Counted from the first letter of the stretch, positions 30,373 through 41,546 are shown. The stretch: 64,000 nucleotides of DNA from Terriglobia bacterium (GCA_965198225.1 CBDAOY010000006.1:384001-448000); one strand, 5' to 3'. Notes: a model not told the origin generated them from the letters alone. A program made the numbers and translations.

Positions 30373-33300
30373 TCAGTAGACGATGCGCAGGCCTAATTGG
30401 ACCTGGGTCGGGTTGCCGAGCAGCGTGCCGATCGATCCGGCACTGGACCGGTCGACACGGGTTTCGGGGAATCCGAAGTTCGTGTGATCGGTGAGGTTGA
30501 ACATCTCGGCTCGAAGCTGGATGTTCAACCGCTCATCCATCACGTATGTATTCTTCATGACCGACATGTCCCAGTTGAAGAACCCGTCGCTCTCCAGGAT
30601 GCCGCGTCCGGAATTACCGAACGTGAAAGCATCGGGCCGGACGAAACAGCTGGCGTCGAACCACTGGTTCTGGGTCGGATTCGAGAGCGATCCGTCACAG
30701 ACGCGGTTCGGTCGGGAAGTGTTCCCGACATTGGCGACGTTGGCGCCCAGTCGGGGCGTAAACGGGCGGCCGCTCTGCGCCGTGACGATGCCGCTTAGCT
30801 GCCAGCCCCGGGTAAGGGCGCTGTTGCCGCCGGGGATCTCGTAGACGTAGCTGAAGCTGTACTTCAACCGAACGTCGAAGCTGGACCGGCCATACTCCGC
30901 ATCCCAGTTGTAGTGATCCTGGGCTCCGCTCGCGGCACCAGCCGTTCCGATTGCCCTGTTGTCCATCGCTTTCCCCCACATGAAGGAGTTGATGAACGTC
31001 AAGCCGGAGGCGAACCGCTGCTCGACCTTGGTCTGGAGCGAATGGAAGTTGGAGGTACCTGCGTTCTCGAAGTACCCGCCCGATGCGAACGCCCCGAATT
31101 GAGGGAACGGTCGCCGGGAACCGATGCTCCCCGCCTCCGGCGTGAACGGCTGGTTGATCCGGCGGTTTCGTCGACCCTTGAGTGTCAGCGAGCCGACATA
31201 GCTCACGTCCATCATCAGGCTGCCTGCCAGCTCGTGCTGGACGCCCAGGTTCCACTTCTGCGCGTACGTGTCCCGCATGTTCGGATCGTAGGCGCCAGTC
31301 GTCACCGAGCCGGCACGACTCAGCGACGACGGGAACGGAGTCACATCAAGGTCGATCTCCGGAGTCACCACCGGCCCGAAGCTCAGTGACGTGTTGAACG
31401 GTGCGTTCTTCACGCAGCAGAACGACTTGTGACGGTCGTCCGAGTCGTAGAAGATTCCGTAGCTGGCCCGGATCACTGTTCCCGAACTTGCAAACGGGCT
31501 GTAGGCAAAACCCAGGCGCGGCGCGAAGTTATTCTTGTCCGGGTTGGTCAAACCACGGGGCACGACGCCGTCTCCGCCATTCTGGATGACGAACAGGTCC
31601 GGGTCGATCACCCCACGGCCACATTCATCGCCGTAGGCTTCCTGACAGACCACGTGAATCTTGTTGTCCGTGATCGTCCATCCCGAAAGACCGTTCAGCG
31701 CATACAACGGATCGTAGTAGTCCCAACGGATCCCCCAGTTGATCGTCAACTGCGGGCTCGCCTTCCAGTCGTCCTGGACGTAGAAAGCCAGCTCGCTCTT
31801 GCGCTCCCGTCCATACTCGCGCGGGGGTATTCCGGCCGCCGTGATCCCGACCTGAGTCGTTGTGCGGAACGGCACACCCAGCAGGTAATCACCGAACGGC
31901 TCACCGGTGAACCGTCCGTCGAACTCGTAGCGGTTCACCGCGCCCGTGATGTTGTGGAAATCCATCTTCCGGTAGTCCACACCCAGTTTGAACGAGTGGT
32001 TTCCGCTGTTGATTGTGAAGGCGTCGATGATGTTCCAGGTGTTGTTCAGACGGTGGAATCCGCCGCCGGCTCCCAGGTTGTCGAACTGTCCGCTGAGCCG
32101 GATGTCGTCGAACGAGTCGCGGTTCCGAGGAATCGCCGCCATCACCGGCGGCAACGGGATGCGCTGCTCGCCGACCAGCGACGTCAGCGAGTTGTAGACG
32201 TCGGTCAATGGCTGCGCAAACCGGTTGAACCCGACCCGCACTTCATTGATCAACGTCGGCGAAATCACGCTGGTGAAGTTCATACCCGAGCTGGTCCGGA
32301 ACCGCGGGTTCCACTGGCCGAAGTTCGGAAGGTTCCGTCCCGAAGACGTCTCGCTGCCGTAGGGGTTGAAGATGTCCTCGTTCGCGTAGCTGTACCGACC
32401 GGAGAGACGGTGAACATCCGGGAAGGCATGATCCATTTTGATCGAGATATTGTCGAAGTTCTCGGTCTTGTTTCCGCCCGTGACCAGGTTTCGTCCGGTG
32501 CCGGTCTGAGTCGGTGTCGGCCAGAAGTTCCCATCCAGCACCTCGCTAGAGAGTGCCGCCCACCGATCGCGCGGGATCACGTTGTTCGGGAACGGCTGGC
32601 CGGTCAATGGATCGGTGACCGGACCGAGCTCGGAGAGGTCTCCGGCGCGCATCGCCAGGGTCGGGACCGTGCCACGACGAATGATCTGCTCGCGTTGACG
32701 CTGGCCTTCGTAGGCCACGAAGAAGAACGTCTTATCGCGAACGACCGGCCCGCCGATCGTCCCACCGAACTGGTTCCTCAGAAACCCTTCTTTCTCCAGC
32801 CCCGCTTCCTCGGCGAACAGCGTCGCGGTGTTGAGGGCCTTGTTGCGGTGGTAATTGAAGATCGCTCCGTGGAACTCGTTGGTTCCCGAGCGCGTCGTGA
32901 CGTTGATCACCGCGCCGGCGTTGCGGCCGAACTCGGCGTTGTAGCCGGAGGACTGGACCTTGAACTCTTCGATCGCGTCGATCGACGGACGGTAGGCGAA
33001 GTTCCGGATGATCGTGTCGACGTTGTCGACGCCGTCAACGTAGAAGCTCTGGTAGTGCTCGTCCATCCCGGCCACGACGAAACCGCCGCGGGCACCGAGA
33101 TGCGATCCTTGATGCGCGGTCACGGCTTCCGGAACCAGCTGCACGAGGCTCTCGAAGTTCCTTCCGTTCAACGGGAGCTGAGTCACCTTCCGCTGGTCGA
33201 TGACAGTGCCGACCGACGAGTCCTCGGTTTGGATCAGCGGCGCTTCGGCGCTGACCTCGACGACCTCAGTCACCTGGCCAACCTGGAGCACAAGATCGAT

Positions 33301-33607
33301 CCGGGCGCGCTCGTCAACGTTCAGGGTGATGCCGCTGCGGACCGCGGTCTGGAAACCGGGAAGCACCGCTTCCACCCGGTAGTTACCGATCGGTAGCTGC
33401 GGAGCAGTGTAGTTTCCCGACTCGTTCGTGATTAAGTTTCGAGTCAGGTTCGTTCCTTCGTTTGTTACCGTAACCTCCGACGCCTGGCAATACCGCACCG
33501 GTGACGTCGCTTACGGTTCCGGTAATCGTACCGGTCGTGGACTGTGCGATCGCGCCACCGACCATCATCAGCGCGAGGGTCACGACCAACATCATTCGTT
33601 TAAGCAT
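30373..33607 (-). CDS. TonB-dependent receptor paralog 2, +1 frameshift near 33477
   Basis: Signal peptide MLKRMMLVV...AQSTTG is in a different frame from the body; GTCGGAGGTT versus GTCGAGGTC in paralog 1. Otherwise a full-length receptor. Confidence 0.9.
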
Positions 33608-33983
33608 TTCGCATTTCCTCATATGGCCGCCCGATCAGGATTGACGGGCCGACCAGCATTCATCCCATGACGCGGACTCGCTTCTAACTTCACGATTCCG
33701 CACTCGTCCAAACATTCAGGTGCGCAACGACGGCGGGAAACAAAGGTCTCGCTCGTCTGGACCAAAGCCTTGCGCTTCAACCTTTCTGATTACGCTACCA
33801 CCCGTAGACGTACCCCTGTTGTATACCTGAACAATGCATCTCGCATCGGTCCCACTGGCCCCCTGACACGCCACACAGGGGCGTTCGAGCCCGGTTCGGT
33901 CTAACCAGTGATTCCAGAGGACGACAGGTAGTCGTGTGCGCCGTCGGAGGGATTTTGGAGAAGTTTACTTCCTTAACGGAAGT

Positions 33984-34048
33984 GTAGGTGCGGTCTATGA
34001 CCGCACAGTCTTCAAAGCGAAACCCGTGCGCTCATAGAGCGCACCTAC
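33984..34048. repeat. REPIN
   Basis: Inverted GTAG REP pair. Confidence 0.9.
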
Positions 34049-34076
34049 ACCCAGGCCTGAAGTTTCGCCTTGCAAC

Positions 34077-34108
34077 AAAAAAAGGGGCGGCAAACTGCCG
34101 CCCCTTTT
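34077..34108 (-). terminator. Rho-independent terminator
   Basis: A7-GGGGCGGCA-AAC-TGCCGCCCC-TTTT. Confidence 0.8.
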
Positions 34109-34126
34109 GCAAGCAAGCTGGATTCT

Positions 34127-35314
34127 CTAATCTGTCCCGAGACTTACCTTGAGGGCGTTCAGGATCTCGGTCTCGACCCGACTGCTCGCCGAGGCGGTCA
34201 GACGAATAGAGGATCCGTCGGCTCCGGGCCCGATTCCAGTCAGTTCATTCAGCGTGGTCCGAACAAATTCGGAACCCAGATCCAGGACCCCCATCCGGCT
34301 CAGCGTAAAGATACCCTGGATGAAGTCTTCAGCGATCGCGCCGGAGTCGGCGCTGCTGTCGAATTTGGGTCCGATTGTCAGGACCGTCTTGCTGTTGTAC
34401 TCGAGGACCAGCAGGCGGTCCATCTGTTCCTTGACCACGTCGGGCACATAGCCGGAGGTGGCGACCTTCACCCCCGTCGATTCGGCCTCCCGGAAGAAAC
34501 CGACCGTGAATCCAGGGCGCAGTCCGCTTTCGAGCTCAAACCCTGTCGCGACATCGCCCGGGCTGATGACGTTCTCGGGATTCTGGTACGACCAAATCGC
34601 CCCTGCACCGTTCGGTATCCATTCGGGGTTTTTAAGTTTGTAGGTTCTCTCCGGCTGGACGATTCCGAACCATCCCTCCGGATGTTCGATCGCGTCGCCG
34701 GCCGCCGCAAGAGGCATGGCCATCGCCCATTGATCGATCGACTGCATGGCACCGGGGCCATTGGCGAGTGTGTAGGTATACCGGTACCGGTCGGAGCCTA
34801 TCTCAGAGACGGCCAGCGTCACCGCCGGCTCGACGGCTCGCAGCAAGTCATAGTGAGTGATCTTCAGCGGAACCGGCCCGGTGTCTTCCGGCTCTTCCTC
34901 GGGCTCTTCCGGTTCTGCCGGTTGCTGCTGCCCTCCACCGCGGCCTCCTCGTCCGCGACCCCGTGCCTGCTGTTGTTGCTGCCCTCCGCGACCGCGCCCA
35001 CGGCCGCGTGCCTGCTGTCCCTGCTGCTGTTGTTGTTGTTGCTGCGCCTGTTGCTGCTCTTCTTCCTCTTCCTCCTCCTCTTCGAGGGCCACCGGGTAGG
35101 CCACAATGTATTCGTTGTTCTCCAGATCGAGGAAGACGTAGGTCTCGCTGAATTCCGGCGGCATGACACCGGGCTCCGGGTCGATTCCGCCCGCCGGCCA
35201 GGCAGGCACCGGAAAGTCGGTCAGGCCGACTGGGTCGGCTTGCTGCCCGGTGGCAAAACCTGCGAACACGAGCAGCGCAATCAGGGTAAGTAGTTGCTTC
35301 GTTCCGATTCTCAT
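34127..35314 (-). CDS. Secreted hypothetical protein with poly-E/poly-Q/GRGR low-complexity insert
   Basis: Signal peptide; EEEEEEEEEQQQAQQQ...RGRGRG; beta-rich C-terminal domain. Confidence 0.75.
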   Translation of the reverse strand: MRIGTKQLLTLIALLVFAGFATGQQADPVGLTDFPVPAWPAGGIDPEPGVMPPEFSETYVFLDLENNEYIVAYPVALEEEEEEEEEQQQAQQQQQQQQGQQARGRGRGRGGQQQQQARGRGRGGRGGGQQQPAEPEEPEEEPEDTGPVPLKITHYDLLRAVEPAVTLAVSEIGSDRYRYTYTLANGPGAMQSIDQWAMAMPLAAAGDAIEHPEGWFGIVQPERTYKLKNPEWIPNGAGAIWSYQNPENVISPGDVATGFELESGLRPGFTVGFFREAESTGVKVATSGYVPDVVKEQMDRLLVLEYNSKTVLTIGPKFDSSADSGAIAEDFIQGIFTLSRMGVLDLGSEFVRTTLNELTGIGPGADGSSIRLTASASSRVETEILNALKVSLGTD

Positions 35315-35418
35315 GAGAATTCTACCGAGCAAAAATGAAAAGGCGGCTGAATCTGGCCGGAGATCCTGTCCCGCGAAACTCAGCCAACTTTATAGTCTGG
35401 TTCGAGTTCATAGATTCC

Positions 35419-37149
35419 TTAGCAGGAAATGCACTTGTGGTTGTTCCTGGCGCCCAGCATATCCAGCAGAGCCAGGGTCTCCTGATACGGCTGAACCCGC
35501 TGCCGGCTGCCGTTCGCCATGTCGGCGATCGTCTGGCCGTTCTTGGCGACCGCGTCCAATCGGGCACCTTGGGACACCAGGTATAGGATCATTTCGTTGT
35601 CACCCCGCCCCGCGGCATTGTGGAGCGCGGTGCGTCCGCCGCGAGGGCCTCTTCGGCGGAACTGGTTGCCTGCCGCATTCGGATCTTCAGGCGCACCGGT
35701 ATCCGCCGCGTTGACATCCGCGCCGAGCTCCGCGACAAGGTATCTCACGGCCGGCATCCGACCCAGCGGTGTCGTGACAGAGTCGTTGCCGTGGAAGCCG
35801 GCCCCCGATGCGATCAACAGAGGCGTAATGCCCTCGATGCTGGGAATCGTCGGATCGGCACCGTGTTCGACCAACAGGCGCATCCCGTCCACATCGCCGA
35901 CGGCGGCAGCCTTCCAGAACGGCGTCGTCCCCGAGGAGTTGTTTCTCTCCAGAGCAAAGTTGTAGCCGATATACCACAGGTTCTTCCGCAGCCGGGCGTT
36001 CGGGTCGGCCCCTTTCTCCAGCATCAGCTTCATCAAGTCGAGATACTGTGTCTTCTCGTAGAAGGTGGTCGGCTGAGGACGGTTTGTTCTCAGAGTCCAC
36101 TGGATTCTCAAGGCGCCGTACAGGGGCGTCGCCCCGTCGTCGCTCGCGATCGTCACGTCTGCACCGCTCTCGACCAGATACTCAGCGATATCCAGGTTCC
36201 CGTTGATCGTCGACAATAACAGCGCGGTACTGTTGTCACCGTTAACCGAATCCAAATCCGCTCCGAGGTCGACCAAGGCGCGCACCGCCTCGTAGGCGCC
36301 ATCACGGGAGGCGTACATCAAAGGGGTCAGTTTTCCCTTGGGGTTGCGCCCCTTCTCGGTGCTCAACTCGGGCTTCTCGTCCTTCTTGGCTTCGTCTGAC
36401 TTCTCTTCCTCGTCGGGCTTCTTGGCGGCCTCCTCCTGAGCCTGCGCGGCCTGGCCGCGGCCCCGTCCACCCCGGCCGGCCTGACCCGCTTGACCGCCCC
36501 GGCCTCGGCCCTGCCCGAACGTAAAATTCTGGCCCGGTCGATTCCGCGGTGGCGGTGGTTCGATCTGCTTGCTCGCCTTGTTGATGTCCGCACCGGCGTC
36601 CGCCAGCGCTCTTATCGCCTCGGGACGATCGAACGCCGCCGCAAAAGCCAGTGCGGTCTGTCCGCGTTCGGTCTCGGTCGCATTCACATCAGCGCCCGCT
36701 TCAGTCAGCAATCGTACCGACGTGGCGTCTCCCGCGCTGGCCGCCATCATCAACGGAGTAATACCCCCCGTCGCCTCGGTATCGGGATCTGCACCTGCCT
36801 TCAGCAGCACGTCCACGATGTCGGCATGGCCGCTCTTGCTCGCCATGTACAGCGGCGTGTACCCACCGAGCCGGGTCGTGGCCCTTGTGTTCGCTCCCGC
36901 ATACAGAAGGGTCTGAGCCAGCTCCGAGTCCCCGTTGTACGCAGCCCAGTGCAGCGCCGTCATACCGTCACCCTGGGCCGAATTCACGTCGACAGCCTGC
37001 CGTATCAGAGCGTGCACAGCATCGACGTCGCGCATCATCGCAGCATCTGCGACCCGTGTGTCGGCGGGGGCGCCGAGGAGGACAAGGGTCAGGGTAAGGG
37101 CGCCAACCAGGCTGAGCGAGACCGCCCACGTGATGTTCTTGCGCAACAT
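35419..37149 (-). CDS. Secreted ankyrin-repeat protein with C-terminal CxxC
   Basis: Many TALHWAA/TPL..A repeats; ends KCISC; GGAGG RBS before MLRKN. Confidence 0.9.
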   Translation of the reverse strand: MLRKNITWAVSLSLVGALTLTLVLLGAPADTRVADAAMMRDVDAVHALIRQAVDVNSAQGDGMTALHWAAYNGDSELAQTLLYAGANTRATTRLGGYTPLYMASKSGHADIVDVLLKAGADPDTEATGGITPLMMAASAGDATSVRLLTEAGADVNATETERGQTALAFAAAFDRPEAIRALADAGADINKASKQIEPPPPRNRPGQNFTFGQGRGRGGQAGQAGRGGRGRGQAAQAQEEAAKKPDEEEKSDEAKKDEKPELSTEKGRNPKGKLTPLMYASRDGAYEAVRALVDLGADLDSVNGDNSTALLLSTINGNLDIAEYLVESGADVTIASDDGATPLYGALRIQWTLRTNRPQPTTFYEKTQYLDLMKLMLEKGADPNARLRKNLWYIGYNFALERNNSSGTTPFWKAAAVGDVDGMRLLVEHGADPTIPSIEGITPLLIASGAGFHGNDSVTTPLGRMPAVRYLVAELGADVNAADTGAPEDPNAAGNQFRRRGPRGGRTALHNAAGRGDNEMILYLVSQGARLDAVAKNGQTIADMANGSRQRVQPYQETLALLDMLGARNNHKCISC

Positions 37150-37162
37150 AAAGGTTTCCTCC

Positions 37163-38548
37163 CTAGATATCGATCTCGCCCGTGCTGTCGCCGAATTGTT
37201 CGAGTTCGTCGAAGCCAAGCCGGTGCAGCACGCTCAGGTGCAGGTTCGCAGACGGCGTCGCGTCCGGCATGATGAAGTGCTGACCACCCTTCACCCGGCC
37301 TCCGGCGTGCCCCAGGAGGAATAGCGGCACCCGCTTGTGATTGTGCAGATTCGAATCTCCCATCGGGGACCCGTAAAGGATCACGGTGTTATCCAGCAGC
37401 GAGGCGTCCCCGTCCGGCGTGTCCTTCAGCTTGTCGGCAAAGTACGCCATTGTACTGACGTGGTACTTGTTGATCTCGGAGAACTGCGTGATGCGCTGCT
37501 CGTTCTCCCCGTGGTGAGAAGCCCGGTGGAACCCGGTTTCCACACCGCTCTCCGGAAACGTCCGTCCGGATACGTCCCGGCTCAGCTTGAAGGCCGAAAC
37601 CCGCGACGTGTCGCTGGCGAAGGCGAGAACCTGCAGGTCTATCATCAGCTTGACATGTTCGTCCCAGGAATCGGGCACGCCGATCGGGGCCGAATCCAAC
37701 TCCCGGAGCTCACCGCTCGCGTTTTTCTCCTCGATGCGCGCAATCCGCCGCTCGATCTCGCGGACGTTCTCGAGATGCTGATCCAGGCGGTGGCGGTCCG
37801 CCGGGCCGAGCTTCGTCTTCAGGTCTGCGACCGTGTGCGATACCCAGTCCAGGATGCTTCGGTCCATCACCCGGCGCTCGGCCCGATCTTCGGACGTCCC
37901 GCCGACCCCGAACAGCTGGTCGAAGACCATACGGGGATCGCGCACCATGGGCAGCGGCGTGGTGGGCGATGCCCAACTGATCGAGTTCGTGTACGCACAG
38001 GAGTAGCCGTAGTCGCACCCTCCCGCATTGTCGATGTTCTCGATGTTGAGCTGGATCGACGGAAGCGGTGTGTCCAGACCGAACCGCTGCGCGTAGAGCT
38101 GGTCGAGGGAGGTGCCGGCATGGATGTCGGAACTCTGAGTCTGCTTCGGATGCGACTGTGTCAGGAACACCGCGGCCGAACGGAAATGATCGCCGCCGAT
38201 TTCTTTGACGATCCACGCCTCCGCACCCTTCATGTCGGTGTTGCTGACGATCGTAAGGTAGTCTTTCCACGGCTCGAGCGGCTGCAGGCTGCTCGGCGCG
38301 AGGTCGAACTCGCGGCCAGCCTCGGCCGGAGACCACAGGTTCTGGGTGGCGCCCCATCGGGTAGACCCCGCAGAACCGTGGACCATCTCCACACACGCCA
38401 GCCGAATGGGCCTCCCGGTCGGCGCGGCGGCTTCCTGCCTCGACGAGGGCATCGCCGGCGCCATGGCCTCCAGGAACGGTAGAGCCACCGTAGCACTCAT
38501 GCCGCGGAGCACTGCGCGCCGGGAAATGCGCTTCTTCGTGATGAACAT
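37163..38548 (-). CDS. DUF1552 (HXXSHH) Tat-exported protein
   Basis: ISRRAVLRG twin-arginine, GCDYGYSCAY, FHRASHH, MGDSNLHNH. Confidence 0.9.
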   Translation of the reverse strand: MFITKKRISRRAVLRGMSATVALPFLEAMAPAMPSSRQEAAAPTGRPIRLACVEMVHGSAGSTRWGATQNLWSPAEAGREFDLAPSSLQPLEPWKDYLTIVSNTDMKGAEAWIVKEIGGDHFRSAAVFLTQSHPKQTQSSDIHAGTSLDQLYAQRFGLDTPLPSIQLNIENIDNAGGCDYGYSCAYTNSISWASPTTPLPMVRDPRMVFDQLFGVGGTSEDRAERRVMDRSILDWVSHTVADLKTKLGPADRHRLDQHLENVREIERRIARIEEKNASGELRELDSAPIGVPDSWDEHVKLMIDLQVLAFASDTSRVSAFKLSRDVSGRTFPESGVETGFHRASHHGENEQRITQFSEINKYHVSTMAYFADKLKDTPDGDASLLDNTVILYGSPMGDSNLHNHKRVPLFLLGHAGGRVKGGQHFIMPDATPSANLHLSVLHRLGFDELEQFGDSTGEIDI

Positions 38549-38671
38549 CCTTCCTCCCTACTGAAACCGAGCGTAGCTAAGTACTTCGATTCTTATTAAT
38601 AATTACGATTGTGTATTCGTCCAGCTGCGATTTCGAATCTTGGAATTTCAAATTTGCGATTTCGCAATCGA

Positions 38672-41140
38672 TTACCTCTCCCTTGCTTCGGTGACAGGCT
38701 CCGCCTCCGTGTTCATCTGAAAAGGCGGGCTGTCCACGATGCCCAGAATCAGGGAAGAAAAGCGATTGTCGTTCAGGGCTGCTTCCCTCGTGATCGTCCG
38801 AATCGCCGGCATATCGAAATATTCGATCCTCCGGCCGATCGCAAACGACATCAGTTTTTGCGTCAGCCCCTGGATGAACGTGTCGGAATATTTGAGTATT
38901 CCCTGTCGCAGCGTGGCCGGACCGTCCAGCGGCGTTCCGTCGTACAACTCAGTGGTCGAGTCGATCGGAATGCCTGCCGAGTGAATCCGGAGCCCCTCGG
39001 CGTCGAGCGCGAAAGTCTTGTCCCAGGTCCGCCACCTGCCGGTCACATCGAAGTTTTCCAGGGCCAGACCCAACGGGTCGATCATCCGGTGACATGAGCT
39101 GCACGCGGGGTTCGCCCGGTGCGACTGCATCCGCTCACGCACGGTCAGAACTTTGCCCGAATCGACCGCCTCGGTCTCTTCCAGCGAAGGCACCACGGGC
39201 GGCGGTGGCGGTGGATCCGTGCCGAGCAGCACCTGCAGTACCCACTTGCCCCGGAGCACCGGAGACGTCCGATCGGCGTTGGACGTCATCGTCAGGATGG
39301 CGCCTTTGCCGAGCAGCCCGCGGCGGTAATCGTCGGCGACCGTAACGCGGCGGAACTGCCCCCCACGAACGTTCGGGATGCCGTAGTGGTCGGCGAGGCG
39401 CTCGTTGACGAACGTGTCGTCCGCGGTAATCAGGTCGAGCACGTTTCGATCCTCACGCACGACGCTGTCGAAAAACAGCTCCGCTTCCCTCTCCAGCGCC
39501 AGCGCGAGCGTGTGGTCGTAAAAGGGGAAGTAGAAAGGATCCGGCTCGATATTCATAAGGTCCGGCAGATGAAGCCACAGGTTCGCAAACTTCTCGGACA
39601 GCCAGATCGATCGCGGATCGGCCAGCATGCTTCGGACCTGAGCCTCGAGCACTACCGGATCCTGGAGCCTACCCTGGTCGGCCAGGTCTACCAGCTCGTC
39701 GTCAGGAGGTGTACCCCAGACGAAGTAGGAAAGGCGAGAAGCCAGGGCCAGATCCCCAACGTAGTAGCTCTGGCCAGCCGCAACATCGGTCGGGGGAACC
39801 TCGAACTTGAAGACGAAGTAGGGGCTGGTCAGCATGGCGTGAAGAGCCGACCGGATGCCCGATTCGAAGTCTCCGCCCTTTTCACGGCCCTGGCCGTAGA
39901 AGAGCATGAGGCCTTCCATGTCCTCGTCCGTCACCGGTCTCCGGTACGCCTTCCGGGCGAGCGCTCGGATGATCTCCCTCGCGCAGGGGGTTTCCTCGGC
40001 CGGACTCAGCGGACGGCAGTTGAAAACCGCGCGCCGCGGTGCCGAGTCGGAAACACCCGAAACGTTGAACGGGCCGCTGATCTCGAACTCGCGAAGGTGC
40101 GCGTAGATGGTGAGATCGTTCGTGTTCGGGGCGTCGCTGTCGACCATCGTCTGAGCGATTTCCCGGATGTCGTCTTCGACGATGGGTGAGTGCTTGTTCA
40201 CGAATGCGACCGCGACCCGGTGGGGGCCTGCCTTCACGAAAAGCCGTCCTGTCGTGAGGTTCAGGCCGGTTTCATCCGCTTCCGTCATTTCGGGGTCGAC
40301 TTCGAGCAACGCGATGCGTTCTCCGTCGAGCGAAACCTCGACCTCCTCGTCTTCGACGTTGGCAAAGAATCGGCCCGTCGCGGTGGCAAACAGCAAGACC
40401 CGGATGTCGTACTCACCGTCGGCAGGAAAGTTGTGCATGACCGACATGCCGCCACGAGTACCGAACGGTGTGCCGGGCACATGTTCCAGCTGCGACGCCA
40501 ATCGCGTGGCCTTGAACATCACCGACGTTGGAGTTGCGTTGGGATCGCCCAACGCCTGGTTGGTGATCTCGCCGGCAGCCCTCATGTAGCCTTCCATCAG
40601 GGACGCCGACAGCGGTTGCGAGTCCGCGATGTTGTCCATACCTTCGCTGAGCATGTCGGCGGGCAGGTACTTGGCAACGTCCACCTCGACGCCGAGAAGG
40701 TGTTTGATCGAGTTCGCATATTCGTCCCGGGTGAGTCGCTGGAACCCTCGGGTGCCGGGATTTGGTCCCTCAGCCGCCGCCTCGTCGAGCCGTATCTCGA
40801 TCGCGCTGGCGAAAGCATCCAGGGGCCCTTTCTCCGGGCGGTATTCGCCGGCCGGGGGCATCAAACCTGCCTTCACCTTCCCGACGACTTTCTCGGCAAG
40901 CTCGGCGTTCTGCTCCGGATGGGCAAAGTCCAAGTTTGTCAGCGTCATTCCACCGAACAGGTCGACCGGGTTATGGCAGTGTGAGCAGTACTCGGCGATG
41001 AACTCACCCTGCGCTTCGAGCGACATCGGCGCAGTCTGCTCCCCCGCCCCCGGCGCCTGCTCCACAGCCAGATTCATACCACCGAGTGCGAGCATGCAAA
41101 CCAGCGCGCCGCCCACAACTCCAAGAATGTATCGCGTCAT
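38672..41140 (-). CDS. DUF1592/DUF1588-type (Planctomycete cytochrome c/PSD) protein
   Basis: CSHCH and CSSCH heme motifs, RLTRDEYANS, LASRLSYFVW..PD, TSPVLRGKW, DPLGLALENFD. Confidence 0.92.
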   Translation of the reverse strand: MTRYILGVVGGALVCMLALGGMNLAVEQAPGAGEQTAPMSLEAQGEFIAEYCSHCHNPVDLFGGMTLTNLDFAHPEQNAELAEKVVGKVKAGLMPPAGEYRPEKGPLDAFASAIEIRLDEAAAEGPNPGTRGFQRLTRDEYANSIKHLLGVEVDVAKYLPADMLSEGMDNIADSQPLSASLMEGYMRAAGEITNQALGDPNATPTSVMFKATRLASQLEHVPGTPFGTRGGMSVMHNFPADGEYDIRVLLFATATGRFFANVEDEEVEVSLDGERIALLEVDPEMTEADETGLNLTTGRLFVKAGPHRVAVAFVNKHSPIVEDDIREIAQTMVDSDAPNTNDLTIYAHLREFEISGPFNVSGVSDSAPRRAVFNCRPLSPAEETPCAREIIRALARKAYRRPVTDEDMEGLMLFYGQGREKGGDFESGIRSALHAMLTSPYFVFKFEVPPTDVAAGQSYYVGDLALASRLSYFVWGTPPDDELVDLADQGRLQDPVVLEAQVRSMLADPRSIWLSEKFANLWLHLPDLMNIEPDPFYFPFYDHTLALALEREAELFFDSVVREDRNVLDLITADDTFVNERLADHYGIPNVRGGQFRRVTVADDYRRGLLGKGAILTMTSNADRTSPVLRGKWVLQVLLGTDPPPPPPVVPSLEETEAVDSGKVLTVRERMQSHRANPACSSCHRMIDPLGLALENFDVTGRWRTWDKTFALDAEGLRIHSAGIPIDSTTELYDGTPLDGPATLRQGILKYSDTFIQGLTQKLMSFAIGRRIEYFDMPAIRTITREAALNDNRFSSLILGIVDSPPFQMNTEAEPVTEARER

Positions 41141-41461
41141 TTATCTAGTATCCCGTATCTAGTATCCCGCCTTTAGTCCACTCCGGCCCCTTCCAGAGCC
41201 TATTATGAATCCAAATGTTTTATCATTTTCCGTTAAGGAAGTTCAACAAAAACAAGGGGTTTGAGCGCGGATCCGAGCATCCTGAACGGTGGGGCGCACC
41301 CCTACCTGGGACTCATCAATAGTATACGGTCTGGCGGGGGGTCGGGATACACGGAAATCCCGAGTTGTCAGTAGTCAGTTGTCAGTAGTCAGTTGTTTTT
41401 GGTGCGGCGGTCGCTGACCGCCGGATCTTCGGGTTTTAGGACGGCGAAGACCTGCGGAAGT

Positions 41462-41530
41462 GTAGGTGCGGTCTATGACCGCACAAATGCCCGCGGAACC
41501 ACCAGTCGTGCGGTCATAGACCGCACCTAC
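41462..41530. repeat. REPIN
   Basis: Inverted GTAG REP pair. Confidence 0.9.
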
Positions 41531-41546
41531 ACCTGGAGTTACACAT

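Noticed and set aside
19327-33607. Diversity-generating retroelement (RT plus TR/VR in the receptor paralogs)
   Set aside because: Both RTs sit in group II intron ribozyme context, and paralog differences span whole genes and are not adenine-specific.
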